In this document: piece after piece, positions 31,226 to 40,505 of the stretch
Numbering within the stretch: position 1 is the stretch's first letter
Layout: each line of letters begins with the position of its first letter
Source: Williopsis jadinii
Lineage: Eukaryota
NCBI GenBank assembly: GCA_024346625.1
Contig: AP024664.1
Location: 4,340,001 to 4,404,000 of the forward strand
Reading direction: 5' to 3'
Length of the DNA stretch: 64,000 nt
Position numbers and translations under genes: made by a program
The notes under the pieces: model-generated
The model's input: the letters and a program-made list of their open reading frames with translations, nothing else
Told to the model about the DNA's origin: nothing
Database searches by the model: none

Positions 31226-31652
31226 ATGAAAGAGTCGGATTTCAAGAAGTACTATCCCAACCTACCAAAGGAGGTATTGGAAAGGGGCAAAGCGTAAGTG
31301 TGGGCTCAAATTCACTCAGTGAACGGAGAAGTTTCAGATTGCTAACTACACAATCATTATGCAAGTGTCCGTTTAATATTCCTAGGGATCCCATTACTTG
31401 TGGTGACATCTATAGAGCTTTATAAGAGATGTAAGTATGGTACTTAAGTCCGCCAATTACATCCAGAGATACTAACCGTTATCCTACGCAGTGATTGAAG
31501 GCCAGCAGAAAAAGGTTCAAGTCGGTGAGATCATGATGGATGGGAGTATTCGGCCTTTCTCTGAGGAGGAGATCAAGGACAAAGACAAGAACAGTATACT
31601 CACACAGCTATTCGGTGAGGATAACATTGACTACAAAAGCGGGAAGAAATGA
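31226..31652 (+). CDS. Three-exon small single-TM protein, 97 aa. Exons 31226-31293, 31366-31430, 31492-31652
   Basis: Introns GTAAGT..GCTAAC..AAG (72 nt) and GTAAGT..TACTAAC..CAG (61 nt). Spliced product: MKESDFKKYYPNLPKEVLERGKAVRLIFLGIPLLVVTSIELYKRLIEGQQKKVQVGEIMMDGSIRPFSEEEIKDKDKNSILTQLFGEDNIDYKSGKK. Confidence 0.85.
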
Positions 31653-31847
31653 ACCACTCCACCCTGTATCACGTCCTCTTGTACATATATATGGATGCCC
31701 AATCTGTGAGAACAAACCAAGTTACCCTACCCAAGTGCATTACCCTCTTTATTTATTACATAAGCAGAATAGACAATGTGATGACGTAATCAAGAATACG
31801 ATGTGCGTGTCCTTAACCAAAGAAAAACACAGAGGGAATCCCAAAAT

Positions 31848-31878
31848 GTAAACAAACAAACAAACAAAGGTAAACAAA
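31848..31878 (+). promoter_or_regulatory. Forkhead (GTAAACAAA) sites upstream of KAR9
   Basis: gtaaacaaacaaacaaacaaaggtaaacaaa. Confidence 0.5.
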
Positions 31879-31938
31879 GCGTAGCGCTCACATCAAAACA
31901 ACCCACAAGGTCTCTTTGACGGCGTAGGACATTTCCAA

Positions 31939-34080
31939 ATGAAAGAAACAATAGACAAGAGACTATCCGAGCTGCTCACAACAGGGAGGAAGTTCCATTT
32001 CGTTACTGCTGTAGCGCACCTGGAGCCGTTCAGCCTTCGTGCGCTGGAGAATGTGATTGATGAGATGCTGAGCTATACACAGCTGTTGGCCGTTGCCATG
32101 GATAGACTGGCGGTATTGGACGCTCAGATGACTATTGATTGGCTTATTGAGGGTAAGGACAAGTTCTATGAGGTCTATAGGAACGTGGACTCCATAGACT
32201 CTGTTATTCTCCAGGCTCTAAACCTGCTGGAGACGAATCTGAAACAAGAAGACATTGGCGGTGGTGACACGCGGGTATTTGACAAGTTGGATACCCTTAG
32301 CGAGTGCAGTTTGCGAGTGAAAGGTGGGTACATCGTACGGTTGAAGTCTCGAATCGATGTTAGTGTCGAGTACAACGATATCTATACACTGATGATGAAT
32401 TCGATAAACACGGAGTTGGAGTACTGTCTCAAGAAATGCTTCAAGATTCACGAGAAGAGATTTAGTTCGCCAGTACGCCATGCACCAAGTTTCAACTTGG
32501 AACTTCTCACGAGGAAACTTCTTCAAAGCAGAACACAGTTGAAATTGCCACTGCTGAACGAAATTGATAATGAGCTTTACGAAGAGTACTTGGAGTTGAA
32601 GACCATTGTGGACCCTCTAAGGGCCAGCTTGAACTTTATACCGATGAGAATCGAAGATTTCAAGTCGAAATACGGAGATGCAGCTGACACGAAGAGCATA
32701 GAGGAGAAATACCATTCGTTGATGAAAGATATGCAGTTCTTACAGAATGAAGTAAACGATCTGAAATACGAGCTGATAGATAAGAGGTGGAGCGAAATTT
32801 TCAGTTATTTAAACACAGAGCTATCCTTTTTAATGACGAATGTTGAAAGAGAAATCTCCAAGTCTGAGAATCTAGAGGAGAGCTCTGTTTTCAAGTCACA
32901 AGTTTACAAAAGGCTAAAGTATACTGTTGATATTGTGGAGAATACATTCGTCTTAATAAACAGAGCCATCGATGAAGAGTTGATAGACATCAGAACAATG
33001 GAGAGATGCAATGAGCTTGCAGAGCAATGGCTTGAATTGAAGATTAAAATACCACAGGACTATTTGGATAAGATGGAGACCGAAGATGGAATGGATAACA
33101 CTGACAGTGACGAAATGACCAACAATTTTAAAAAGTTATCGTTAGATTCGAGAAAGACATCTGACACCAATGACAAGAGGATCACTTCAGATCATGAGAA
33201 GACGAAAAAGGAAAAAAGACGTAGTGTTTATGGCCAATTTCTCTTTGACAAGATGAACATCCAAGCCGTAATGATCGAGGGAGATCCAACATCTGCAAAG
33301 AAACCAGAAGATGCCAACAAAGTGCTATCAAACAGTGCAAAAGTTAATCAAATTGAAACGAAAGTGTCTACTGGTATTCCAGATTTGAAGCAAAATATCC
33401 CAAGGTTGTCACCAGATGATTTTATTTCAGATACTCTGGATGCACAATCCCCTTCCATTCGTCGTCATGGACCATTTGAACGCTTGTCACCGATTATTGA
33501 TAATACACCAAGGTTGAAAGATAGCCATAGCAAAACACTGGAAAAATTAATGGGTCATGATTCCCCTCCGGATCAATTTGAGCTAGAGACCCCAATTCGC
33601 AGAGGAATCCCGGCTCAAAAGCCCCAAATCATCGAAAAGCCTACTGTGATGGAAAAGTCCAAGATACCACTACCTGCAAATAATGTGTTTTATCAATCTC
33701 GAATTCCAAGGCCGGTCTCAAGTATCAGCACCGTGAGAGGCTCAAATCCATCAGGGGTTAAATCTATTGAGGGCAGTTTCCAAAGAGTTGGTTCAAGATT
33801 GGGTCAAAGAGCACAGACATCGATGTCCCATACACGGACTTCTGATAGTTTTGGACTGGATCAGCAAACAAAGAGCTCGTTTAGAAACTCTGTGATTCCT
33901 CAGACTCCTATTAGAAGTTCAAGAAAGTCATTAATTCCACAACCAACGCCAATAAGGGAAATTATTGAGTATAACAGTACTTCAAGGATGGGTGCACGCT
34001 CTTCACACTCCAATTCAAGGGCCAAGGCCTCAAGCTCCCTTGGTACGCGATATGAACTGTCAAGACCACAGTGGAGATGA
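31939..34080 (+). CDS. KAR9: Spindle positioning protein Kar9
   Basis: SSPVRHAPSFNLE, LRASLNFIPMRI, YELIDKRW and a basic tail with SxIP motifs (SKIP, SRIP, SLIP). Synteny with MDL2-ATP15. Confidence 0.88.
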   Translation: MKETIDKRLSELLTTGRKFHFVTAVAHLEPFSLRALENVIDEMLSYTQLLAVAMDRLAVLDAQMTIDWLIEGKDKFYEVYRNVDSIDSVILQALNLLETNLKQEDIGGGDTRVFDKLDTLSECSLRVKGGYIVRLKSRIDVSVEYNDIYTLMMNSINTELEYCLKKCFKIHEKRFSSPVRHAPSFNLELLTRKLLQSRTQLKLPLLNEIDNELYEEYLELKTIVDPLRASLNFIPMRIEDFKSKYGDAADTKSIEEKYHSLMKDMQFLQNEVNDLKYELIDKRWSEIFSYLNTELSFLMTNVEREISKSENLEESSVFKSQVYKRLKYTVDIVENTFVLINRAIDEELIDIRTMERCNELAEQWLELKIKIPQDYLDKMETEDGMDNTDSDEMTNNFKKLSLDSRKTSDTNDKRITSDHEKTKKEKRRSVYGQFLFDKMNIQAVMIEGDPTSAKKPEDANKVLSNSAKVNQIETKVSTGIPDLKQNIPRLSPDDFISDTLDAQSPSIRRHGPFERLSPIIDNTPRLKDSHSKTLEKLMGHDSPPDQFELETPIRRGIPAQKPQIIEKPTVMEKSKIPLPANNVFYQSRIPRPVSSISTVRGSNPSGVKSIEGSFQRVGSRLGQRAQTSMSHTRTSDSFGLDQQTKSSFRNSVIPQTPIRSSRKSLIPQPTPIREIIEYNSTSRMGARSSHSNSRAKASSSLGTRYELSRPQWR

Positions 34081-34173
34081 CGATTATTAATTTTTTTTTC
34101 GTCAATGAATATTGATTGAAAGCAACTATAACTTGAGATGTAACGGACGAGTTTACCTTAATATATACATATA

Positions 34174-36534
34174 TCACTTTTGAATTGGTGAAGATGGTGT
34201 CTTTATATGCTCCAAATTAGCGGAGAGATCCTCTGGACTCTTTTTCATCATTTCATCTTTGATAAATTCATCCATATATTCGTCATCACGTTCATCTTGT
34301 TTAGTGTCGTCGTGTTTCTTCTTCGGATGCTTTGATTCGTGTTCATGAGAATGTTGTTCAACCTTTTCCTCGTTCAACAACTTGTAAAGAGCACTATTTC
34401 TGTTTGAGTACAACGTGTGGAAATCACCTTGCTCAGCAACTTTACCGTCATAACCCAGCACAATAACGATATCAGCTTTTCTTATTGTACTCAATCTGTG
34501 GGCAATAGAGATCGACGTCATATGTTCATCGTGCATCAACTTTTGTAATGTTTGGTTTATAGCATACTCACTCTTCGAGTCGAGTGCGGAAGTTGCTTCA
34601 TCAAGGATCAACACGCTTGGGTTCTTTATGAGCGCCCTTGCAATGGATATTCTTTGCTTCTGACCACCTGATAACAGTGCACCACGAGGCCCGATTATTG
34701 TATCGTAACCGTCTGGGAACTTTGAGATGAAATCGTGGCAGTTGGCCTTTATTGCAGCTTCAATGATTTCTTCCTCTGGAACGTTAACAGCCTTCAAGCC
34801 AAACGTTATATTGTCACGTATCGTTCCCGAGAACAGGATTGGTTCTTGCTGGACAACACCCAAGTATCGTCTCAAGGACTTTGAGTTATATTTGGTAATG
34901 TCATGGCCATCTAGTAAGATTTCACCCGATGTGGGATTGTAATAACGAAGCAGGAGTGACGTGATTGTAGATTTACCACGCCCTGATGGCCCAACGATAC
35001 AGACGTTTGAACCACTTGGTATCTTGAAGCATAGATCCTTGAAGATTGTCAGCTTTGGTCTCGTTGGGTATGCAAAGCAAACGTTCTTGAATTCGATTTC
35101 ACCGGTTGGTCTATGGGTCAACGGCAATCCCTTAGTTGCACTTATCTTTGGCGTTCTGTCAACGAGCTCAAACAGTCTTGAAGCTGCTCCTGTTCCCTTC
35201 ATCAGTTCTGAATAGAACGACGCTAGACCAAACATGGAGCTTCCAGAATGGTTGACGTACAGCATAAAGGCAGCCAAGTCGCCCACTGATAATGCGCCAG
35301 AGCAGACCAACTGAGCACCATAGGCCAATATTATAAGGAAAGTAGCATCTGATATACAGTACGTTGAGGAGTAGAACGTGGCATTCAGCTTCGCCTCACG
35401 CAAGCCCAGGTCAAACACCCTTCTTATCGCATTGTTATACTTCCTCTGTTCCTTCGCCTCCGCAACGAACGACTGAATCGTCTTGATGCCGTTCAGCTGT
35501 TCCTCACCAACCTTTGTGAGGTTTCCCGTCGCCTCCTGGATTCCTCGAGAGATCTTGCGGACTTTCGTACCAAAGATCAGCGTTCCAACCAGTATTGCAG
35601 GCATGAAGATGAACACGGCACAAGCCAGCTGTGTTGATATCAGGAACATGCTCACCGTGGACACGGTGCCGTTGATCGCGTGCTTAAACCCATCTGATAT
35701 GTTTTGCGTCATCGACCGTGAAACGACATAGGCATCCGACCCCAGCCTTGAGATCAAGTCACCAACCTTATGGACGTCAAAGAACTCAGCATCCTGGCCC
35801 ATGGTCCTTTTAATCACCGAGGATCTCAGTCGTGACACCAGCCTCTCACCAAGAACCCTCAGCATGATGATACGGCCATAGTCAGCAGCGATTCCAACCA
35901 GCAGCACGCATCCCAGCACACCGATGAACTCATAGAGCGACCACCCGAATACCACCGCGGGCAGCTGCCCATCCACCAGGTTCTTTGTAGCGTCCAGCAC
36001 CAAGCCGTAGGCCTTGGGCATCGTCATGTTCACCATACACGAGATCAACAGCAGCGTCAGCGCACAGATCAGCAGCTTGAAGTCTCTCCTTGCCAGCTTG
36101 ATCAGCTTCAGCAGATCTACCCATACTGAGCTCGGTGGGCTTGTGATGGCGGGCTGTTGCTGACTGGCCTTGTCCACGAGCTTCGTCTCCTCGCTCTTCC
36201 CCGTCGAATAGCACCTCCACTTGGCCATCTGGACCCGTTTGGCCACTGGCGTGCACGCCATTCCCAGTGGCTTACTGTGTATATGACCGTGGCCCGTATA
36301 GCTGGCATACGTTGATAGTGGGCGTAGTATACGCGATGCTGGGGTCTTTAGACACGCCAGCGATGCTCGAATACCCAAGGAGGCCTTCAGCGAGGTGCAC
36401 GGCCTTAGCATGTGGATCATTTGGGGCCGTCGTCTATGGTTTCTTGTATTGCTGTTGGGGTATTTAGTCGACAAGCAGGTTAAATTTGGCCAAACTTTGG
36501 CTTCTATGTTGATGTGCGTTCTCGGAGAAGACAT
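34174..36534 (-). CDS. MDL2: Mitochondrial half-type ABC transporter (alternative starts at 36420 or 36411)
   Basis: TMD plus Walker A GPSGRGKST, LSGGQKQR, ILDEATSALD. Lies between KAR9 and ATP15 as in S. cerevisiae. Confidence 0.88.
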   Translation of the reverse strand: MSSPRTHINIEAKVWPNLTCLSTKYPNSNTRNHRRRPQMIHMLRPCTSLKASLGIRASLACLKTPASRILRPLSTYASYTGHGHIHSKPLGMACTPVAKRVQMAKWRCYSTGKSEETKLVDKASQQQPAITSPPSSVWVDLLKLIKLARRDFKLLICALTLLLISCMVNMTMPKAYGLVLDATKNLVDGQLPAVVFGWSLYEFIGVLGCVLLVGIAADYGRIIMLRVLGERLVSRLRSSVIKRTMGQDAEFFDVHKVGDLISRLGSDAYVVSRSMTQNISDGFKHAINGTVSTVSMFLISTQLACAVFIFMPAILVGTLIFGTKVRKISRGIQEATGNLTKVGEEQLNGIKTIQSFVAEAKEQRKYNNAIRRVFDLGLREAKLNATFYSSTYCISDATFLIILAYGAQLVCSGALSVGDLAAFMLYVNHSGSSMFGLASFYSELMKGTGAASRLFELVDRTPKISATKGLPLTHRPTGEIEFKNVCFAYPTRPKLTIFKDLCFKIPSGSNVCIVGPSGRGKSTITSLLLRYYNPTSGEILLDGHDITKYNSKSLRRYLGVVQQEPILFSGTIRDNITFGLKAVNVPEEEIIEAAIKANCHDFISKFPDGYDTIIGPRGALLSGGQKQRISIARALIKNPSVLILDEATSALDSKSEYAINQTLQKLMHDEHMTSISIAHRLSTIRKADIVIVLGYDGKVAEQGDFHTLYSNRNSALYKLLNEEKVEQHSHEHESKHPKKKHDDTKQDERDDEYMDEFIKDEMMKKSPEDLSANLEHIKTPSSPIQK

Positions 36535-36777
36535 CCGAAGGTGTTGGTATACACCATCGCTTTACTCACAACTACGGCGCAGAGCTACATCATGCTTTTC
36601 AGCCATAAACAAGACGTTGCGATTCGTCTTTTGAATATCTAAGAGAAACCATATCGTGTCGAGAAACCTGTGTCGTTGAGCGTGTGTATTTGCTGTGTTC
36701 AAATCACCCGTCCCCCCGTCTTAGCATATATACTGGACACAGAGAACAGGGAGGGAATATTTTTATGATAGAGACTT

Positions 36778-37024
36778 TTATTTCTTCAATGGCACTGGCT
36801 CCGCAGCGACACCATTGGCGTATTTGATCACCTTTGCCTCAGATTTGCCCCTTGCAAGGACCTGGTTTGTTTGCAACTCTGGCTTGAGAGCGTTTCTGGT
36901 GGTCTGAGCAGCGATTTGCAAGTACTTGTTGAACCTATAGCAGTACGGTTAGTAATTGCCCGTGTGGTTGCAATTGAGCCAGCAGGCACACATACGAGAA
37001 TCCGGCTTTTCTCCAGGTAGACAT
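36778..37024 (-). CDS. ATP15: Mitochondrial ATP synthase epsilon subunit, 61 aa, intron 36995-36935
   Basis: GTATGT..TACTAAC..TAG intron. Spliced product MSTWRKAGFSFNKYLQIAAQTTRNALKPELQTNQVLARGKSEAKVIKYANGVAAEPVPLKK. Absent from the ORF track. Confidence 0.95.
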
Positions 37025-37516
37025 CTTTGGGGTTGGTTTGTTCCAATTGGGTTGTAGCAAGAGTACACGGTCAACAGAAGTATTAAATGGAGAGTGAAAA
37101 AAGGGTGAACAAAAATTCGCACGCAGTGTGTGCACCGAGGCCGTGGTTTTTTTTGCCTTGCCCCGGTGTTGAGATATGTTCGTGTGTTGCCGCGGTTACT
37201 GGTCGGGCACGCTGGATTGACGAAAGCTGATTTGTCGGAAGTGTTGAATGCCGTATGCGGTAAGCGTGGGGCTTTGGTGCGTGTATGCATGGGGAGAGGT
37301 TGGCCTGAGGTTACCCTACGCGGGATGGGCGAGGCCACCGGGGGTGGAGTCGGAATTGGGCTCGCCAGCATTGGGGTGTACGGGTGTGTGTGCCTGTGCT
37401 TCATGGTTGGCGCAGCATCTCATCACCTCGACCATCAAGAAATTTTTCTAATGCCTTTGTTTACCTTTACCATTGTCCACCTTTTGTGTACTGTTTGTTT
37501 GCATTCGTGTGGTGTG

Positions 37517-40462
37517 ATGGTTGTCTCGAGAGATTATTACTACGCCCTGGCGAGCGACAGAGAGGACGAGCGCATCAAAGCTGCGGTTCAGCTGATCAAC
37601 GATTTGAATAGTGAGGATCAAGTCGACGAATGGGAGTACGCCATCAAGAGACTCATTAAGGGATTGGCGTCCTCAAGAGCCTCCGCAAGGATTGGCTTTT
37701 CCACTGCACTGACTGAGATTATCAACATTAGGTACTCAAAGGGGCTGCTCTCGTTGAACGAGTTGATATCGCTGATTAATGAGCACACCAAGATCTCCAG
37801 CTCGATGAATGGACGCGAAGAACGTGCCTCGCTATTCGGGAAACTGTTTGGTTTACAGTGTATTTCAAACGACAACTCGGGAATTCTCACGTCGGAGAAG
37901 TTGTCATTGGAGGACTTCAAACTGTTTATCGATAACTTGATTGATCTGTCATGTACAAAGTCTTGGATCAGAGAACCGTGTTTATTCACCGTGTTCAACA
38001 TCCTAAGAGCCATAAGATCCGAGGAATTCATTGTCTATATTTTCACCAAAATCGATTCAAACAAGCTGTCACTGACAACAGAGGGCTTGGCATTGTTCCT
38101 GGCACTGCCTAGATGCTCAAGAGTGGAAATCTTGTCAAAAGTTGGGTTCCAAAATTCCACTTGGGACGAATTCGATCCATTGAACAATACCAATATAACA
38201 ACGCTTGCAAAGGTGTTAAAAGATGTGTCATCTGCAGATCCTGAAGATGAAGATAACAAAAATAAGAAGAAAAAGGGCTCCTGGTCTCCAAGATTACACT
38301 TTGTTTGGCAATTGATCGTTGATGAACTGACTTCATCTCCGACAGAAGATCAAGATGAAGAAACGGTTGAAGAACAGGTTAAAGATTCTAAGAAGAGACA
38401 AAAACACGATAAAAAGTCTCAAAAGTCTAAGAGGGTCAAGTCTTCTCGTCCAGATCGTATTCAAGTGCAAGAGTTTTGGAAAATTATCATCGATGAAGGG
38501 TTCTTCTCAGAAAAGTCTTCGAATGAGAGAAAATATTGGGGGTTCGAAGTGTTTGAACTGTTATTCAAAAGCACATCAACGGAATCAACTAGTTGTCTCT
38601 TTACTCAAAATTTCATGAGAACATTGATAAACCACTCATCAGATTCAAATAGAATGTTGAATAAGATTGCTAAGAAAACATTGAACTTGATAACACAGGT
38701 TTGTCAATCTCAGAATGGAAAGACAATACCAACTCTGGATAGCTTGATCGTTGGTCCATTTGGAAATTTGAACTTTGATAGACTAACAAAGTCTAAAACT
38801 GTGGAATCCTTAATTGGCTCAACTTTGGATAACGATAAACTGGCAGATATATTCATCAACGTTTTGAATACCAGGGATGATGTAAAGGAAAAGAAATGGG
38901 CCATTGATCAACTGTTACACTTGGTTCGTTCAAAGAAGACGCAATTGGAGAAGAACCCAGACGTTGAATGGATTGATCGTATCTTACAAACTTTGATCCA
39001 AAGGGCTTATTTCAAAGTAGCCGAAGTGAAAGAAGGTGAAGAAGATCCAATTGTTGAATTTACGCAAGAGAGATTGAACTCTATCTTATCAGACGTCATA
39101 TCCATCCAGCGTACAGATAATCAAACATGGTCTTTTAAGACTTTGAGCTCGTTGCTGGAGTTGGTCGACAAAGGTTATACTCCGTTGTTACAATTCGACG
39201 AAGAATTGGAAACCGTTAGATTAAAGTCTTTGAAAATTCTGAAAAAGATCAGAAGCAAAAGAGAATGTGATCACAGTGATACTTCAAAGTTGTTGGTTTT
39301 TGAATTACTATTCTCTATGGTGATTTTACAGTTATACTCTGGTGATGCTGATTCTGTTAGCACTTTACAAGAATTGCAGGATTATTATTACAAATTGAAA
39401 AACAATAACGATGAAGATGAAGACCAACAGGATAGTACACTGGGTATCGTGGAAATATTGATGAACTTCTTAAGTCAAAAGAGTTCCCTCTTGAAGAAGC
39501 TCAGTCTGATCATTTGGGGAAACTGGTGTGATAAGATTAACTTGGATGGTTTACAATTGTTGTTTGATGTTTTGGTTACAAAAGAGAATAAAGAGGGCCA
39601 AAAAGCACTGTTTGAAGGTGAGGATGAGTTTGTTGATGAGAACGAGGAAGACGAAAGTCACGACCATGAAGACGAGGATGAAGAGGAATCCGAATCCGAA
39701 TCCGAATCTGAACCAGAATCCGAATCTGAAGATGAGACTTCAAACGAAAAAGTTGCTGAGGTTGAAAAGAAGACTAATGAGGCCTTAGCGGAAGCATTGA
39801 GAATCCCGCATAACGGTGAAGTGATTCTCTCATCAGATGGTGAAGAAGATGATTTTTCAGATGAATCTATGGATGATGAACAAATGATGGAGATTGATGG
39901 CCAGCTATCCAAGATCTTCCAACAACGTCGTGACGCATTGAACCAAGTCCAAACCGGTAACAAACGTAAGCAGGAGAAGGTTGATGCCAAGGAGAGTATT
40001 GTACTATTCAAACACCGTGTTGTTGACCTCATTGATATCTTTGTGAAGAATAACCCAAGCAGTGAACTCATTGTGGACACAGTCTCTCCATTATTGAAGG
40101 CCCTCAAGCTAACAATGGATAAGTCCCTCGGTGTGAAGATTCATAAGTTGTTGAAGAACAGAATCTGCAAAAGCAAACCAAATGTTCAAGATGAAGATAA
40201 GGAACAGTTGCTTGAGTTGCTTAAATCTATCCACGGAGATGCACTGAGAACTTCTAATACGAACGATTTCAATCTCAGCTCTTCACAATGTTCTATCTTC
40301 ATCGCTAAACAGATCATCGCCATTGATCAAGATTCCATGGACTCAATCATAGATCTATATGCGACGTTGATGAAGCATTGGTGGAAGAAGAAAAACGCAA
40401 GACTGACAAGCTCCATTTTCTTTGACTTCATCAACTGGATGAACTCGAAGAGATCTAATTAA
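37517..40462 (+). CDS. POL5: Pol5 / MYBBP1A-like rDNA and ribosome biogenesis factor
   Basis: MVVSRDYYYALAS, YAIKRLIKGLASSRASARIGFS, LFGKLFGLQ, KSSNERKYWGF, SMDDEQMM. PAC/RRPE-like motifs at ~37416-37449 and Rap1-like gggtgtacgggtg at ~37374 support the 37517 start. Confidence 0.92.
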   Translation: MVVSRDYYYALASDREDERIKAAVQLINDLNSEDQVDEWEYAIKRLIKGLASSRASARIGFSTALTEIINIRYSKGLLSLNELISLINEHTKISSSMNGREERASLFGKLFGLQCISNDNSGILTSEKLSLEDFKLFIDNLIDLSCTKSWIREPCLFTVFNILRAIRSEEFIVYIFTKIDSNKLSLTTEGLALFLALPRCSRVEILSKVGFQNSTWDEFDPLNNTNITTLAKVLKDVSSADPEDEDNKNKKKKGSWSPRLHFVWQLIVDELTSSPTEDQDEETVEEQVKDSKKRQKHDKKSQKSKRVKSSRPDRIQVQEFWKIIIDEGFFSEKSSNERKYWGFEVFELLFKSTSTESTSCLFTQNFMRTLINHSSDSNRMLNKIAKKTLNLITQVCQSQNGKTIPTLDSLIVGPFGNLNFDRLTKSKTVESLIGSTLDNDKLADIFINVLNTRDDVKEKKWAIDQLLHLVRSKKTQLEKNPDVEWIDRILQTLIQRAYFKVAEVKEGEEDPIVEFTQERLNSILSDVISIQRTDNQTWSFKTLSSLLELVDKGYTPLLQFDEELETVRLKSLKILKKIRSKRECDHSDTSKLLVFELLFSMVILQLYSGDADSVSTLQELQDYYYKLKNNNDEDEDQQDSTLGIVEILMNFLSQKSSLLKKLSLIIWGNWCDKINLDGLQLLFDVLVTKENKEGQKALFEGEDEFVDENEEDESHDHEDEDEEESESESESEPESESEDETSNEKVAEVEKKTNEALAEALRIPHNGEVILSSDGEEDDFSDESMDDEQMMEIDGQLSKIFQQRRDALNQVQTGNKRKQEKVDAKESIVLFKHRVVDLIDIFVKNNPSSELIVDTVSPLLKALKLTMDKSLGVKIHKLLKNRICKSKPNVQDEDKEQLLELLKSIHGDALRTSNTNDFNLSSSQCSIFIAKQIIAIDQDSMDSIIDLYATLMKHWWKKKNARLTSSIFFDFINWMNSKRSN

Positions 40463-40505
40463 GAGAACTTATTGTACAATACTTAAAACAAAAAAAACAT
40501 TCATA

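Noticed and set aside
37130..37516. 129-aa N-terminal extension of the POL5 ORF
   Set aside because: Starts at GTG and covers promoter motifs. Pol5-like sequence begins at ATG 37517.
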